A DNA stretch of 64,000 nucleotides from Mayamaea pseudoterrestris (taxonomy: Eukaryota). The stretch covers positions 124,001 to 188,000 of the forward strand of contig BROI01000022.1 in assembly GCA_027923505.1 (NCBI GenBank), given 5' to 3'. Made by a program: the position numbers and the translations under genes. Positions 22,423 through 33,700 of the stretch are shown here, in pieces. Position 1 is the first letter of the stretch. Each line of letters begins with the position of its first letter. Under the pieces are notes generated by a model. It saw only the letters and a program-made list of their open reading frames with translations, searched no databases and was not told the origin of the DNA.

Positions 22423-23835
22423 CTATCGGACATTCGGTGTGACTTGCCCGATTTTCGCTGTTTTCGTTCGCATCCTGCAAAGCGGAACGTTTACCATTAC
22501 TTTCTCAACGCCTGGCATAGGCTCTAGAACCCGCCTGATCATTGGTACTTCGGACGAGCAGCAAATCTTGTCGCATGACAAAATGGATCGCGCCAGTGGC
22601 AATGTCGCAGTTGCCAATGGCGGCTCAATCGTTGGGACCGAAACATGAGCTGGCTTGGCAGCCTTGACCGGAGTCGTAGTCGCTGCCGTCGCCGTTTTGA
22701 GTATGTTTTCAACCGTCGCAACGCGACCACTCGTCTTGGTGTCAAACAAGTTGGGCAAATGATCAAGGATGCTGAATGGCGTTGGCGAAACTTCGAAAAA
22801 GTGCAACTGCACGTGTTTGAAGCTACTGCTGCTGCTGCCTCGCCTCTTGTTGCGCCACTTGCGTTGACCAACGTTTTGAAAGCGGCCGTGAACGTCATCG
22901 GAGCCGCAATCAGCGCAGGCATGCTCCAAGTGCAACTCTCCAGTATCCGCATTATGCACCAAGTAATCCTCGTGATCATCGTGGCGCACCTTGTGTAAAA
23001 TCCGGCGAGCCTTGGAATTCTTATAATCCTTGTATGCTGCTGTTGCCGACGAGCACGTACTATCGTGCTGATGAGTCTTGCGACATTTGGCAGCATTGAA
23101 TCGCTTTTGAATCTCCTGGCTGTTGCAAGCCTTTGGCAGACTATCCGAGACTGGAAGGACGAGTAGATTGCAAGCAGCAGCGTCATCTTCGTCAGTGTCA
23201 GTCGTTCCAGTCGGAATCAAGTATAGCGTCTGCGATGCCAACAATTGTTCCAATCCATAGCCATCCTTACTACTACTGCTAGTTGTTGTAGTCATTGCTG
23301 TATCACGCTCCTGTTGCTGCTGATGCGCCGCCAAGCACATGTTTCGTAAATGCGCGTGGACATGCGGCGTATCAACGCCACAGAAGCAAGACTCTGCAGG
23401 CGTTCCATGGTTTCCATGCTCATCAAAGCAAGGAGTCATCCAGTCATCGATTGCTGTAGCTCCATGCGTGCTAAAGCAGAGTTTCTGCTGCTGCAATACT
23501 TGAGAGTCCTTGTCGTCGCTCGTTCCATTAGCAGCTGTACTTGAAGCCTCATTCTTTTGGTAACGAAAAGTCATGGGGACGCCCGATGCATCGAAAATGA
23601 CAACGTCCGTTCCATTCTCGCGGACAACGGCGAGACAAAGGACCGAGTTGCTTTCCTCTTCCTCTGCATGATGGTGATGATGATGCGTATGAGAGTGATG
23701 ATGCTCGGAAGATCGAGTCGTCAGCGTCGGCTCCGAGTCGATTGTTCCTGCGCTTTCGCTTCCGCCGCAGCAGCCACTGCGTTTCTCTTGCAATGGCGAG
23801 GCTCCATGATGATGGGAATGACTATGGCCTGGCAT
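22423..23835 (-). CDS. Truncated paralog of the ATPase N-terminus (470 aa, His/Cys-rich, ends inside the first HMA domain); soluble protein or pseudogene
   Basis: Uninterrupted ORF nearly identical to the ATPase N-terminus up to VNVPL, followed by 18 unrelated codons and a stop. It has no TM or catalytic domains. Confidence 0.55.
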   Translation of the reverse strand: MPGHSHSHHHGASPLQEKRSGCCGGSESAGTIDSEPTLTTRSSEHHHSHTHHHHHHAEEEESNSVLCLAVVRENGTDVVIFDASGVPMTFRYQKNEASSTAANGTSDDKDSQVLQQQKLCFSTHGATAIDDWMTPCFDEHGNHGTPAESCFCGVDTPHVHAHLRNMCLAAHQQQQERDTAMTTTTSSSSKDGYGLEQLLASQTLYLIPTGTTDTDEDDAAACNLLVLPVSDSLPKACNSQEIQKRFNAAKCRKTHQHDSTCSSATAAYKDYKNSKARRILHKVRHDDHEDYLVHNADTGELHLEHACADCGSDDVHGRFQNVGQRKWRNKRRGSSSSSFKHVQLHFFEVSPTPFSILDHLPNLFDTKTSGRVATVENILKTATAATTTPVKAAKPAHVSVPTIEPPLATATLPLARSILSCDKICCSSEVPMIRRVLEPMPGVEKVMVNVPLCRMRTKTAKIGQVTPNVR

Positions 23836-24361
23836 GCTTGCAGGTATAAAAAGTCACTGCTGATTGTTGAGACGTGAAAGTTGCAGCCTCGTCACAACTT
23901 ATTTCCCTGCTTTCGTCCCGAATTCGTTCCACTACTCAGCTATGAATGAACGGCAAAGGATTGCAAAGCGCTTCTTTAACTTAGATAATACTGAAAAGCT
24001 TCTCTTCTTGAAAGTCTGCTGCCTTTTAAAGTGATCTTGTCGAGGCAAGCCAACCTCAACCACTTGGCATGCGCTGCGAGGTCTGCAGGCGCCGCGACAC
24101 CCCATCTCGCAGGCAAGTTAATGCAATTAGGTCCCTTTTCAACATGGTTTATCGCAGGATTAGCTCAGTGGAAGAGCGAAACGTTTACACCGTTTAGGTC
24201 GGGAGTTCGAACCTCTCATCCTGTATCATTGTTTTACAACCGCAGATGGATACATTCATTTTGTTTGTTTGGAAGAACCGAGCACTCGCAGCAAGAAGAA
24301 GAACTTGTCTACTGACCCCTCTAGTCCATTTCAATTCTTGTTTGTTGGCATGATGGGCCAA
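22481..24361. repeat. Segmental duplication copy 2; paired with 19548-21397
   Basis: Similarity starts at AGCGGAAC (19548/22481) and fades after GTTGGCATGATGGGCCA. Confidence 0.93.
24154..24225 (+). tRNA. tRNA-Val(TAC), 72 nt, no intron
   Basis: Cloverleaf folded by hand: acceptor GCAGGAT/ATCCTGT, D-stem GCTC/GAGC, anticodon stem AAACG/CGTTT with loop TTTACAC, T-stem GGGAG/CTCTC with loop TTCGAAC, discriminator A. A T-run follows shortly downstream. Confidence 0.93.
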
Positions 24362-24766
24362 TGTTGCTTTATATAGTTGCACTACAGTGTCCATCACCAT
24401 GTATGCCATGGTGAGACTGAGCACATTCAACAACTGGTTGGATCTGCTAGCAATGCACCTCAAGTGGCAAGTGAGACTTCCAAAATGGCCTACAGAACCC
24501 ATAATACAACAGACATGGACTTTAACATTGAATGGGACTCATAGACGTGTCAATGTGGGTGTGGAACCCATGACTATGCCCTGCAACTCCGCACACAAAT
24601 GGTTGAATGTACCAGCATTGCAGCCTTTTTTGTGGCAGGGATCATCAGCATTGCCAGCTGAGCCCTCCAATTGCTTTCAATTCATGCTTCCTGTCATGAA
24701 AGGCCAAACATTGGTCAGTAGCACCTCAGTATCCACCACCATATGTGCCATGGTGAGACTCAGCAG

Positions 24767-27700
24767 AAGGGTTTGACCATGCAGGTGCTCAATGGATGCT
24801 CCATTGGTGCACCAGTGGCGCCTTCTAATCAGATGACCCTATAAGTGGCGCTCAGAAGGATTTTCCTTCTCGCCATCACTGAGCTACTTGGATGCCATGG
24901 AAGGGTTTCACCATGCCAAATGAACATACGGGACAAGGGTTTGGCCATGCAGGTGCTCATTAGATGCTCCATTGGTGCACCAGTGGTGCCTTCTAAACAG
25001 ATGAGCCTTCAAATGGCGCTCAGAAGGATTTTCCTTCTCGCCATCAATGAGCTACTTGGATGCCATGGAGGGGTTTCACCACACCAAATGAATATATGGG
25101 ACAAGGGTTTAGCCATGCAGGTGCTCATTAGATGCTCATTGGTGCACCAGTGGCGCCATCTAAACAGATGCCCCAACAACTAGCGCTCAGAAGGATTTTC
25201 CTTTTCGCCGTCACTGAGCTACTTGGATGCCATGGAGGGGTTTCACCACACCAAATGAACATACGGGACAATGGTTTGGCCATGCAGGTGCTCATTGGAT
25301 GCTCCATTGGTGCACCAGTGGCGCCTTCTAAACAGATGAGCCTTCAAGTGGCGCTCAGAAGGATTTTCCTTCTCGCCATCACTGAGCTACTTGGATGCCA
25401 TGGAGGGGTTTCACCACACCAAATGAACATACGGGACAATGGTTTGGCCATGCAGGTGCTCATTGGATGCTCCATTGGTGCACCAGTGGCGCCTTCTAGG
25501 CAGATGCCCCAACAAGTGGCGCTCAGAAGGATTTTCCTTCTCGCCATCACTGAGCTACTTGGATGCCATGGAGGGGTTTCACCACACCAAATGAACATAC
25601 GGGACAAGGGTTTGGCCATGCAGGTGCTCATTGGATGCTCCATTGGTGCCCCAGTGGTGCCTTCTAGGCAGATGAGCCTTCAAGTGGTGCTCAGAAGGAT
25701 TTTCCTTCTCGCCGTCATTGAGCTACTTGGATGACATGGAGGGGTTTCACCACACCAAATGAACATGCGGGACAAGGGTTTGGCCATGCAGGTGCTCATT
25801 GGATGCTCCATTGGTGCACCAGTGGCGCCTTCTAGGCAGATGACCCTTCAAGTGGCGCTCAGAAGGATTTTCCTTCTCGCCGTCACTGAGCTACTTGGAT
25901 GCCATGGAGGGGTTTCACCACACCAAATGAACATATGGGACAAGGGTTTGGCCATGCAGGTGCTCATTGGATGCTCCATTGGTGCACCAGTGGCGCCTTC
26001 TAAACAGATGAGCCTTCAAGTGGCGCTCAGAAGGATTTTCCTTCTCGCCATCACTGAGCTACTTGGATGCCATGGAGGGGTTTCACCACACCAAATGAAC
26101 ATACAGGACAAGGGTTTGGCCATGCAGGTGCTCATAGGATGCTCCATTGGTGCACCAGTGGCGCCTTCTAGGCAGATGGCCCTTCAACTGGCGCTCAGAA
26201 GGATTTTCCTTCTCGCCGTCACTGAGCTACTTGGATGCCACCCAAATAAAAGAAAGGTTTGGCAGTGGATGCTCCATTGGGCACAGGTTCGGCGCTCACC
26301 GCCACTGGAGGGTTTTCACCACACCAAATGAACATACGGGACAAGGGTTTGGCCATGCAGGTGCTCATTGGATGCTCCATTGGTGCACCAGTGGCGCCTT
26401 CTAGGCAGATGGCCCTTCAACTGGCGCTCAGAAGGATTTTCCTTCTCGCCGTCACTGAGCTACTTGGATGCCATGGAGGGGTTTCACCACACCAAATGAA
26501 CATACGGGACAAGGGTTTGGCCATGCAGGTGCTCATTGGATGCTCCATTGGTGCACCAGTGGCGCCGTCTAGGCAGATGACCCTTCAAGTGGCGCTCAGA
26601 AGGATTTTCCTTCTCGCCGTCACTGAGCTACTTGGATGCCATGGAGGGGTTTCACCATGCCAAATGAACATACGGGACAAGGGTTTGGCCATGCAGGTGC
26701 TCATTGGATGCTCCATTGGTGCACCAGTGGCACCTTCTAGGCAGATGGCCCTTCAACTGGCGCTCAGAAGGTTTTTCCTTCTCGCCGTCACTGAGCTACT
26801 TGGATGCCATGGAGGGGTTTCACCACACCAAATGAACATACGGGACAAGGGTTTGGCCATGCAGGTGCTCATTGGATGCTCCATTGGTGCACCAGTGGCG
26901 CCTTCTAGGCAGATGCCCCTTCAACTGGCGCTCAGAAGGATTTTCCTTCTCGCCGTCACTGAGCTACTTGGATGCCATGGAGGGGTTTCACCACGCCAAA
27001 TGAACATACGGGACAAGGGTTTGGCCATGCAGGTGCTCATTGGATGCTCCATTGGTGCACCAGTGGCGCCTTCTAGGCAGATGGCCTTCAACTGGTGCTC
27101 AGAAGGATTTTCCTTCTCGCCGTCACTGAGCTACTTGGATGCCATGGAGGGGTTTCACCATGCCAAATGAACATACGGGACAAGGGTTTGGCCATGCAGG
27201 TGCTCATTGGATGCTCCATTGGTGCACCAGTGGCGCCTTCTAAACAGATGAGCCTTCAAGTGGCGCTCAGAAGGATTTTCCTTCTCGCCGTCACTGAGCT
27301 ACTTGGATGCCATGGAGGGGTTTCACCACACCAAATGAACATACGGGACAAGGGTTTGGCCATGCAGGTGCTCATTGGATGCTCCATTGGTGCACCAGTG
27401 GCGCCTTCTAGGCAGATGGCCCTTCAACTGGCGCTCAGAAGGTTTTTCCTTCTCGCCGTCACTGAGCTACTTGGATGCCATGGAGGGGTTTCACCACACC
27501 AAATGAACATACGGGACAAGGGTTTGGACATGCAGGTGCTCATTGGATGCTCCATTGGTGCACCAGTGGCGCCTTCTAGGCAGATGCCCCTTCAACTGGC
27601 GCTCAGAAGGTTTTTCCTTCTCGCCGTCACTGAGCTACTTGGATGCCATGGAGGGGTTTCACCACACCAAATGAACATACGGGACAAGGGTTTGGCCATG

Positions 27701-30700
27701 CAGGTGCTCATTGGATGCTCCATTGGTGCACCAGTGGCGCCTTCTAGGCAGATGCCCCTTCAAGTGGCGCTCAGAAGGATTTTCCTTCTCGCCATCACTG
27801 AGCTACTTGGATGCCATGGAAGGGTTTCACAATGCCAAATGAACATACGGGATAATGGTTTGGCCATGCAGGTGCTCATTGGATGCCCCTTTGGGGCACC
27901 AGTGGCGCCTGCTAGACAGATGACCCAACAAGTAGCGCTCAGAAGGATTTTCCTTCTCGCCGTCACTGAGCTACTTGGATGCCATGGAGGGGTTTCACCA
28001 CACCAAATGAACATACGGGACAAGGGTTTGGCCATGCAGGTGCTCATTGGATGCTCCATTGGTGCACCAGTGGCGCCTTCTAGGCAGATGGCCCTTCAAG
28101 TGGCGCTCAGAAGGATTTTCCTTCTCGCCATCACTGAGCTACTTGGATGCCATGGAGGGGTTTCACCACACCAAATGAACATACGGGACAAGGGTTTGGC
28201 CATGCAGGTGCTCATTGGATGCTCCATTGGTGCACCAGTGGCGCCTTCTAGGCAGATGCCCCTTCAACTGGCGCTCAGAAGGATTTTCCTTCTCGCCGTC
28301 ACTGAGCTACTTGGATGCCATGGAGGGGTTTCACCACACCAAATGAACATATGGGACAATGGTTTGGCCATGCAGATGCTCATTGGATGCTCCATTGGTG
28401 CACCAGTGGCGCCTTCTAGGCAGATGCCCCTTCAACTGGCGCTCAGAAGGATTTTCCTTCTCGCCGTCACTGAGCTACTTGGATGCCATGGAGGGGTTTC
28501 ACCACGCCAAATGAACATACGGGACAAGGGTTTGGCCATGCAGGTGCTCATTGGATGCTCCATTGGTGCACCAGTGGCGCCTTCTAGGCAGATGGCCCTT
28601 CAACTGGCGCTCAGAAGGATTTTCCTTCTCGCCGTCACTGAGCTACTTGGATGCCATGGAGGGGTTTCACCACGCCAAATGAACATACGGGACAAGGGTT
28701 TGGCCATGCAGATGCTCATTGGATGCTCCATTGGTGCACCAGTGGCGCCTTCTAGGCAGATGCCTCTTCAACTGGCGCTCAGAAGGTATTTCCTTCTCGC
28801 CGTCACTGAGCTACTTGGATGCCATGGAGGGGTTTCACCACACCAAATGAACATACGGGACAAGGGTTTGGCCATGCAGGTGCTCATTGGATGCTCCATT
28901 GGTGCACCAGTGGCGCCTTCTAGGCAGATGCCCCTTCAAGTGGCGCTCAGAAGGTTTTTCCTTCTCGCCGTCACTGAGCTACTTGGATGCCATGGAGGGG
29001 TTTCACCACACCAAATGAACATATGCGACAAGGGTTTGGCCATGCAAGTGCTCAAAGGATGGTCCACTGGTGCTTCAGTGGCACCTTCTAGGCAGATGCC
29101 CCTACAAGTGGCGCTCAGAAGAATTTTTCCTTCTCGCCGTCACTGAGCTATTTGGATGCAATGGAGGAGTATGGAGGGGTTTCACCACACCAAATGAACA
29201 TATGGGACAAGGGTTTGGCCATGCAGGTGCTCATTGGATGCTCCATTGGTGCACCAGTGGCGCCTTCTAGGCAGATGGCCCTTCAACTGGCGCTCAGAAG
29301 GATTTTCCTTCTCGCCGTCACTGAGCTACTTGGATGCCATGGAGGGGTTTCACCACACCAAATGAACATACGGGACAAGGGTTTGGCCATGCAGGTGCTC
29401 ATTGGATGCTCCATTGGTGCACCAGTGGCGCCTTCTAGGCAGATGACGCTTCATGACGCGTTCAGAAGGTTTTTCCTTCTCGCCGTCACTGAGCTACTTG
29501 GATGCCATGGAGGGGTTTCACCACACCAAATGAACATACGGGACAAGGGTTTGGCCATGCAGGTGCTCATAGGATGCTCCATTGGTGCACCAGTGGCGTC
29601 TTCTAGGCAGATGGCCCTTCAACTGGCGCTCAGAAGAATTTTTCCTTCTCGCCGTCACTGAGCTACTTGGATGCCATGGAAGGGGTTCACCACACCAAAT
29701 AAACATATGGGACAAGGGTTTCGCCATGCAGGTGCTCATTGAATGCTCCATTGGTGCACCAGTGACACCTTCTAGGCAGATGGCCCTTCAACTGGCGCTC
29801 ACACCGGCGCACCAGAAGGATTTCCATGCAGTCTCATGATCTCCATGGTCACCGTGGCGCCTTCAGGCAGATGCCCTTACTGGCGCCAGAAGGATTTTCC
29901 TTCTCGCCGCACTGAGCTACGGGATGCCACAGGTTTCCACCACCATATGAACATACGGGACAAGGGTTTGGCCATGCAGGTGCTCATTGGATGCTCCATT
30001 GGTGCACCAGTGGCGCCTTCTAGGCAGATGCCCCTTCAACTGGCGCTCAGAAGGATTTTCCTTCTCGCCGTCACTGAGCTACTTGGATGCCATGGAGGGG
30101 TTTCACCACACCAAATGAACATACGGGACAAGGGTTTGGCCATGCAGGTGCTCATTGGATGCTCCATTGGTGCACCAGTGGCGCCTTCTAGGCAGATGGC
30201 CCTTCAACTGGCGCTCAGAAGGATTTTCCTTCTCGCCGTCACTGAGCTACTTGGATGCCATGGAGGGGTTTCACCACACCAAATGAACATAAGGGACAAG
30301 GGTTTGGCCATGCAGGTGCTCATTGGATGCTCCATTGGTGCACCAGTGGCGCCTTCCAAACAGATGAGCCTTCAAGTGGTGCTCAGAAGGATTTTCCTTC
30401 TCGCTGTCACTGAGCTACTTGGATGCCATGGAGGGGTTTCACCACGCCAAATGAACATACGGGACAAGGGTTTGGCCATGCAGATGCTCATTGGATGCTC
30501 CATTGGTGCACCAGTGGCGCCTTCTAGGCAGATGCCCCTTCAACTGGCGCTCAGAAGGATTTTCCTTCTCGCCGTCACTGAGCTACTTGGATGCCATGGA
30601 GGGGTTTCACCACACCAAATGAACATACGGGACAAGGGTTTGGCCATGCAGGTGCTCATTGGATGCTCCATTGGTGCACCAGTGGCGCCTTCTAGGCAGA

Positions 30701-33700
30701 TGGCCCTTCAACTGGCGCTCAGAAGGATTTTCCTTCTCGCCGTCACTGAGCTACTTGGATGCCATGGAGGGGTTTCACCACACCAAATGAACATACGGGA
30801 CAAGGGTTTGGCCATGCAGGTGCTCATTGGATGCTCCATTGGTGCACCAGTGGCGCCTTCTAGGCAGATGGCCCTTCAACTGGCGCTCAGAAGGATTTTC
30901 CTTCTCGCCATCACTGAGCTACTTGGATGCCATGGCGGGGTTTCACCACGCCAAATGAACATACGGGACAAGGGTTTGGCCATGCAGGTGCTCATTGGAT
31001 GCTCCATTGGTGCACCAGTGGCGCCTTCTAGGCAGATGCCCCTTCAACTGGCGCTCAGAAGGATTTTCCTTCTCGCCGTCACTGAGCTACTTGGATGCCA
31101 TGGAGGGGTTTCACCACGCCAAATGAACATACAGGACAAGGGTTTGGCCATGCAGGTGCTCATTGGATGCTCCATTGGTGCACCAGTGGCGCCTTCTAGG
31201 CAGATGGCCCTTCAACTGGCGCTCAGAAGGATTTTCCTTCTCGCCATCACTGAGCTACTTGGATGCCATGGAGGGGTTTCACCACACCAAATGAACATAC
31301 GGGACAAGGGTTTGGCCATGCAGGTGCTCATTGGATGCTCCATTGGTGCACCAGTGGCGCCTTCTAGGCAGATGGCCCTTCAACTGGCGCTCAGAAGGAT
31401 TTTCCTTCTCGCCATCACTGAGCTACTTGGATGCCATGGAGGGGTTTCACCACACCAAATGAACATACGGGACAAGGGTTTGGCCATGCAGGTGCTCATT
31501 GGATGCTCCATTGGTGCACCAGTGGCGCCTTCTAGGCAGATGCCCCTTCAACTGGCGCTCAGAAGGATTTTCCTTCTCGCCGTCACTGAGCTACTTGGAT
31601 GCCATGGAGGGGTTTCACCACACCAAATGAACATACAGGACAAGGGTTTGGCCATGCAGGTGCTCATTGGATGCTCCATTGGTGCACCAGTGGCGCCTTC
31701 TAGGCAGATGGCCCTTCAACTGGCGCTCAGAAGGTTTTTCCTTCTCGCCGTCACTGAGCTACTTGGATGCCATGGAGGGGTTTCACCACGCCAAATGAAC
31801 ATACGGGACAAGGGTTTGGCCATGCAGGTGCTCATTGGATGCTCCATTGGTGCACCAGTGGCGCCTTCTAGGCAGATGGCCCTTCAACTGGCGCTCAGAA
31901 GGATTTTCCTTCTCGCCGTCACTGAGCTACTTGGATGCCATGGAGGGGTTTCACCACACCAAATGAACATATGGGACAAGGGTTTGGCCATGCAGGTGCT
32001 CATTGGATGCTCCATTGGTGCACCAGTGGCGCCTTCTAGGCAGATGGCCCTTCAACTGGCGCTCAGAAGGTTTTTCCTTCTCGCCGTCACTGAGCTACTT
32101 GGATGCCATGGAGGGGTTTCACCACGCCAAATGAACATACGGGACAAGGGTTTGGCCATGCAGGTGCTCATTGGATGCTCCATTGGTGCACCAGTGGCGC
32201 CTTCTAGGCAGATGGCCCTTCAACTGGCGCTCAGAAGGATTTTCCTTCTCGCCGTCACTGAGCTACTTGGATGCCATGGCGGGGTTTCACCACGCCAAAT
32301 GAACATACGGGACAAGGGTTTGGCCATGCAGGTGCTCATTGGATGCTCCATTGGTGCACCAGTGGCGCCTTCTAGGCAGATGGCCCTTCAACTGGCGCTC
32401 AGAAGGATTTTCCTTCTCGCCGTCACTGAGCTACTTGGATGCCATGGAGGGGTTTCACCACGCCAAATGAACATACGGGACAAGGGTTTGGCCATGCAGG
32501 TGCTCATTGGATGCTCCATTGGTGCACCAGTGGCGCCTTCTAGGCAGATGCCCCTTCAACTGGCGCTCAGAAGGATTTTCCTTCTCGCCATCACTGAGCT
32601 ACTTGGATGCCACAGAGGGGTTTTACTACACCAAATGAACATACAGGACAAGGGTTTGGCCATGCAGGTGCTCATTGGATGCTCCATTGGTGCACCAGTG
32701 GCGCCTTCTAGGCAGATGGCCCTTCAACTGGTGCTCAGAAGGTTTTTCCTTCTCGCCGTCACTGAGCTACTTGGATGCCATGGAGGGGTTTCACCACACC
32801 AAATGAACATACGGGACAAGGGTTTGGCCATGCAGGTGCTCATTGGATGCTCCATTGGTGCACCAGTGGCGCTTTCTAGGCAGATGCCCCTTCAACTGGT
32901 GCTCAGAAGGTTTTTCCTTCTCGCCGTCACTGAGCTACTTGGATGCCATGGAGGGGTTTCACCACGCCAAATGAACATACAGGACAAGGGTTTGGCCATG
33001 CAGGTGCTCATTGGATGCTCCATTGGTGCACCAGTGGCGCCTTCTAGGCAGATGGCCCTTCAACTGGCGCTCAGAAGGTTTTTCCTTCTCGCCGTCACTG
33101 AGCTACTTGGATGCCATGGCGGGGTTTCACCACGCCAAATGAACATACGGGACAAGGGTTTGGCCATGCAGGTGCTCATTGGATGCTCCATTGGTGCACC
33201 AGTGGCGCCTTCTAGGCAGATGGCCCTTCAACTGGCGCTCAGAAGGTTTTTCCTTCTCGCCGTCACTGGGTTATTTGGATGCATTGGGGGGGTGTCACCA
33301 CGCCAAATGAACATACAGGACAAGGGTTTGGCCATGCAGGTGCTCATAGGATGCTCCATTGGTGCACCAGTGGCGCCTTCTAGGCAGATGGCCCTTCAAC
33401 TGGCGCTCAGAAGGATTTTCCTTCTCACCGTCACTGAGGTACTTGGATGCCATGGAGGGGTTTCACCACACCAAATGAACATATTGGACAAGGGTTTGGC
33501 CATGCAGGTGCTCATTGGATGCTCCATTGGTGCACCAGTGGCGCCTTCTAGGCAGATGGCCCCTCTACTGGCGCTCAGAAGGTTTTTCCTTCTCGCCGTC
33601 ACTGAGATACTTGGATGCCATGGCGGGATTTCACCACACCAAATGAACATACGGGACAAGGGTTTGGCCATGCAGGTGCTCATTGGATGCTCCATTGGTG

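Noticed and set aside
21217..24225. Intact plus truncated tRNA pair as attL/attR of an integrated element
   Set aside because: The similarity extends ~1.7 kb upstream and ~120 bp downstream of both tRNAs and no integrase is present. It is a segmental duplication with a 12-nt deletion.
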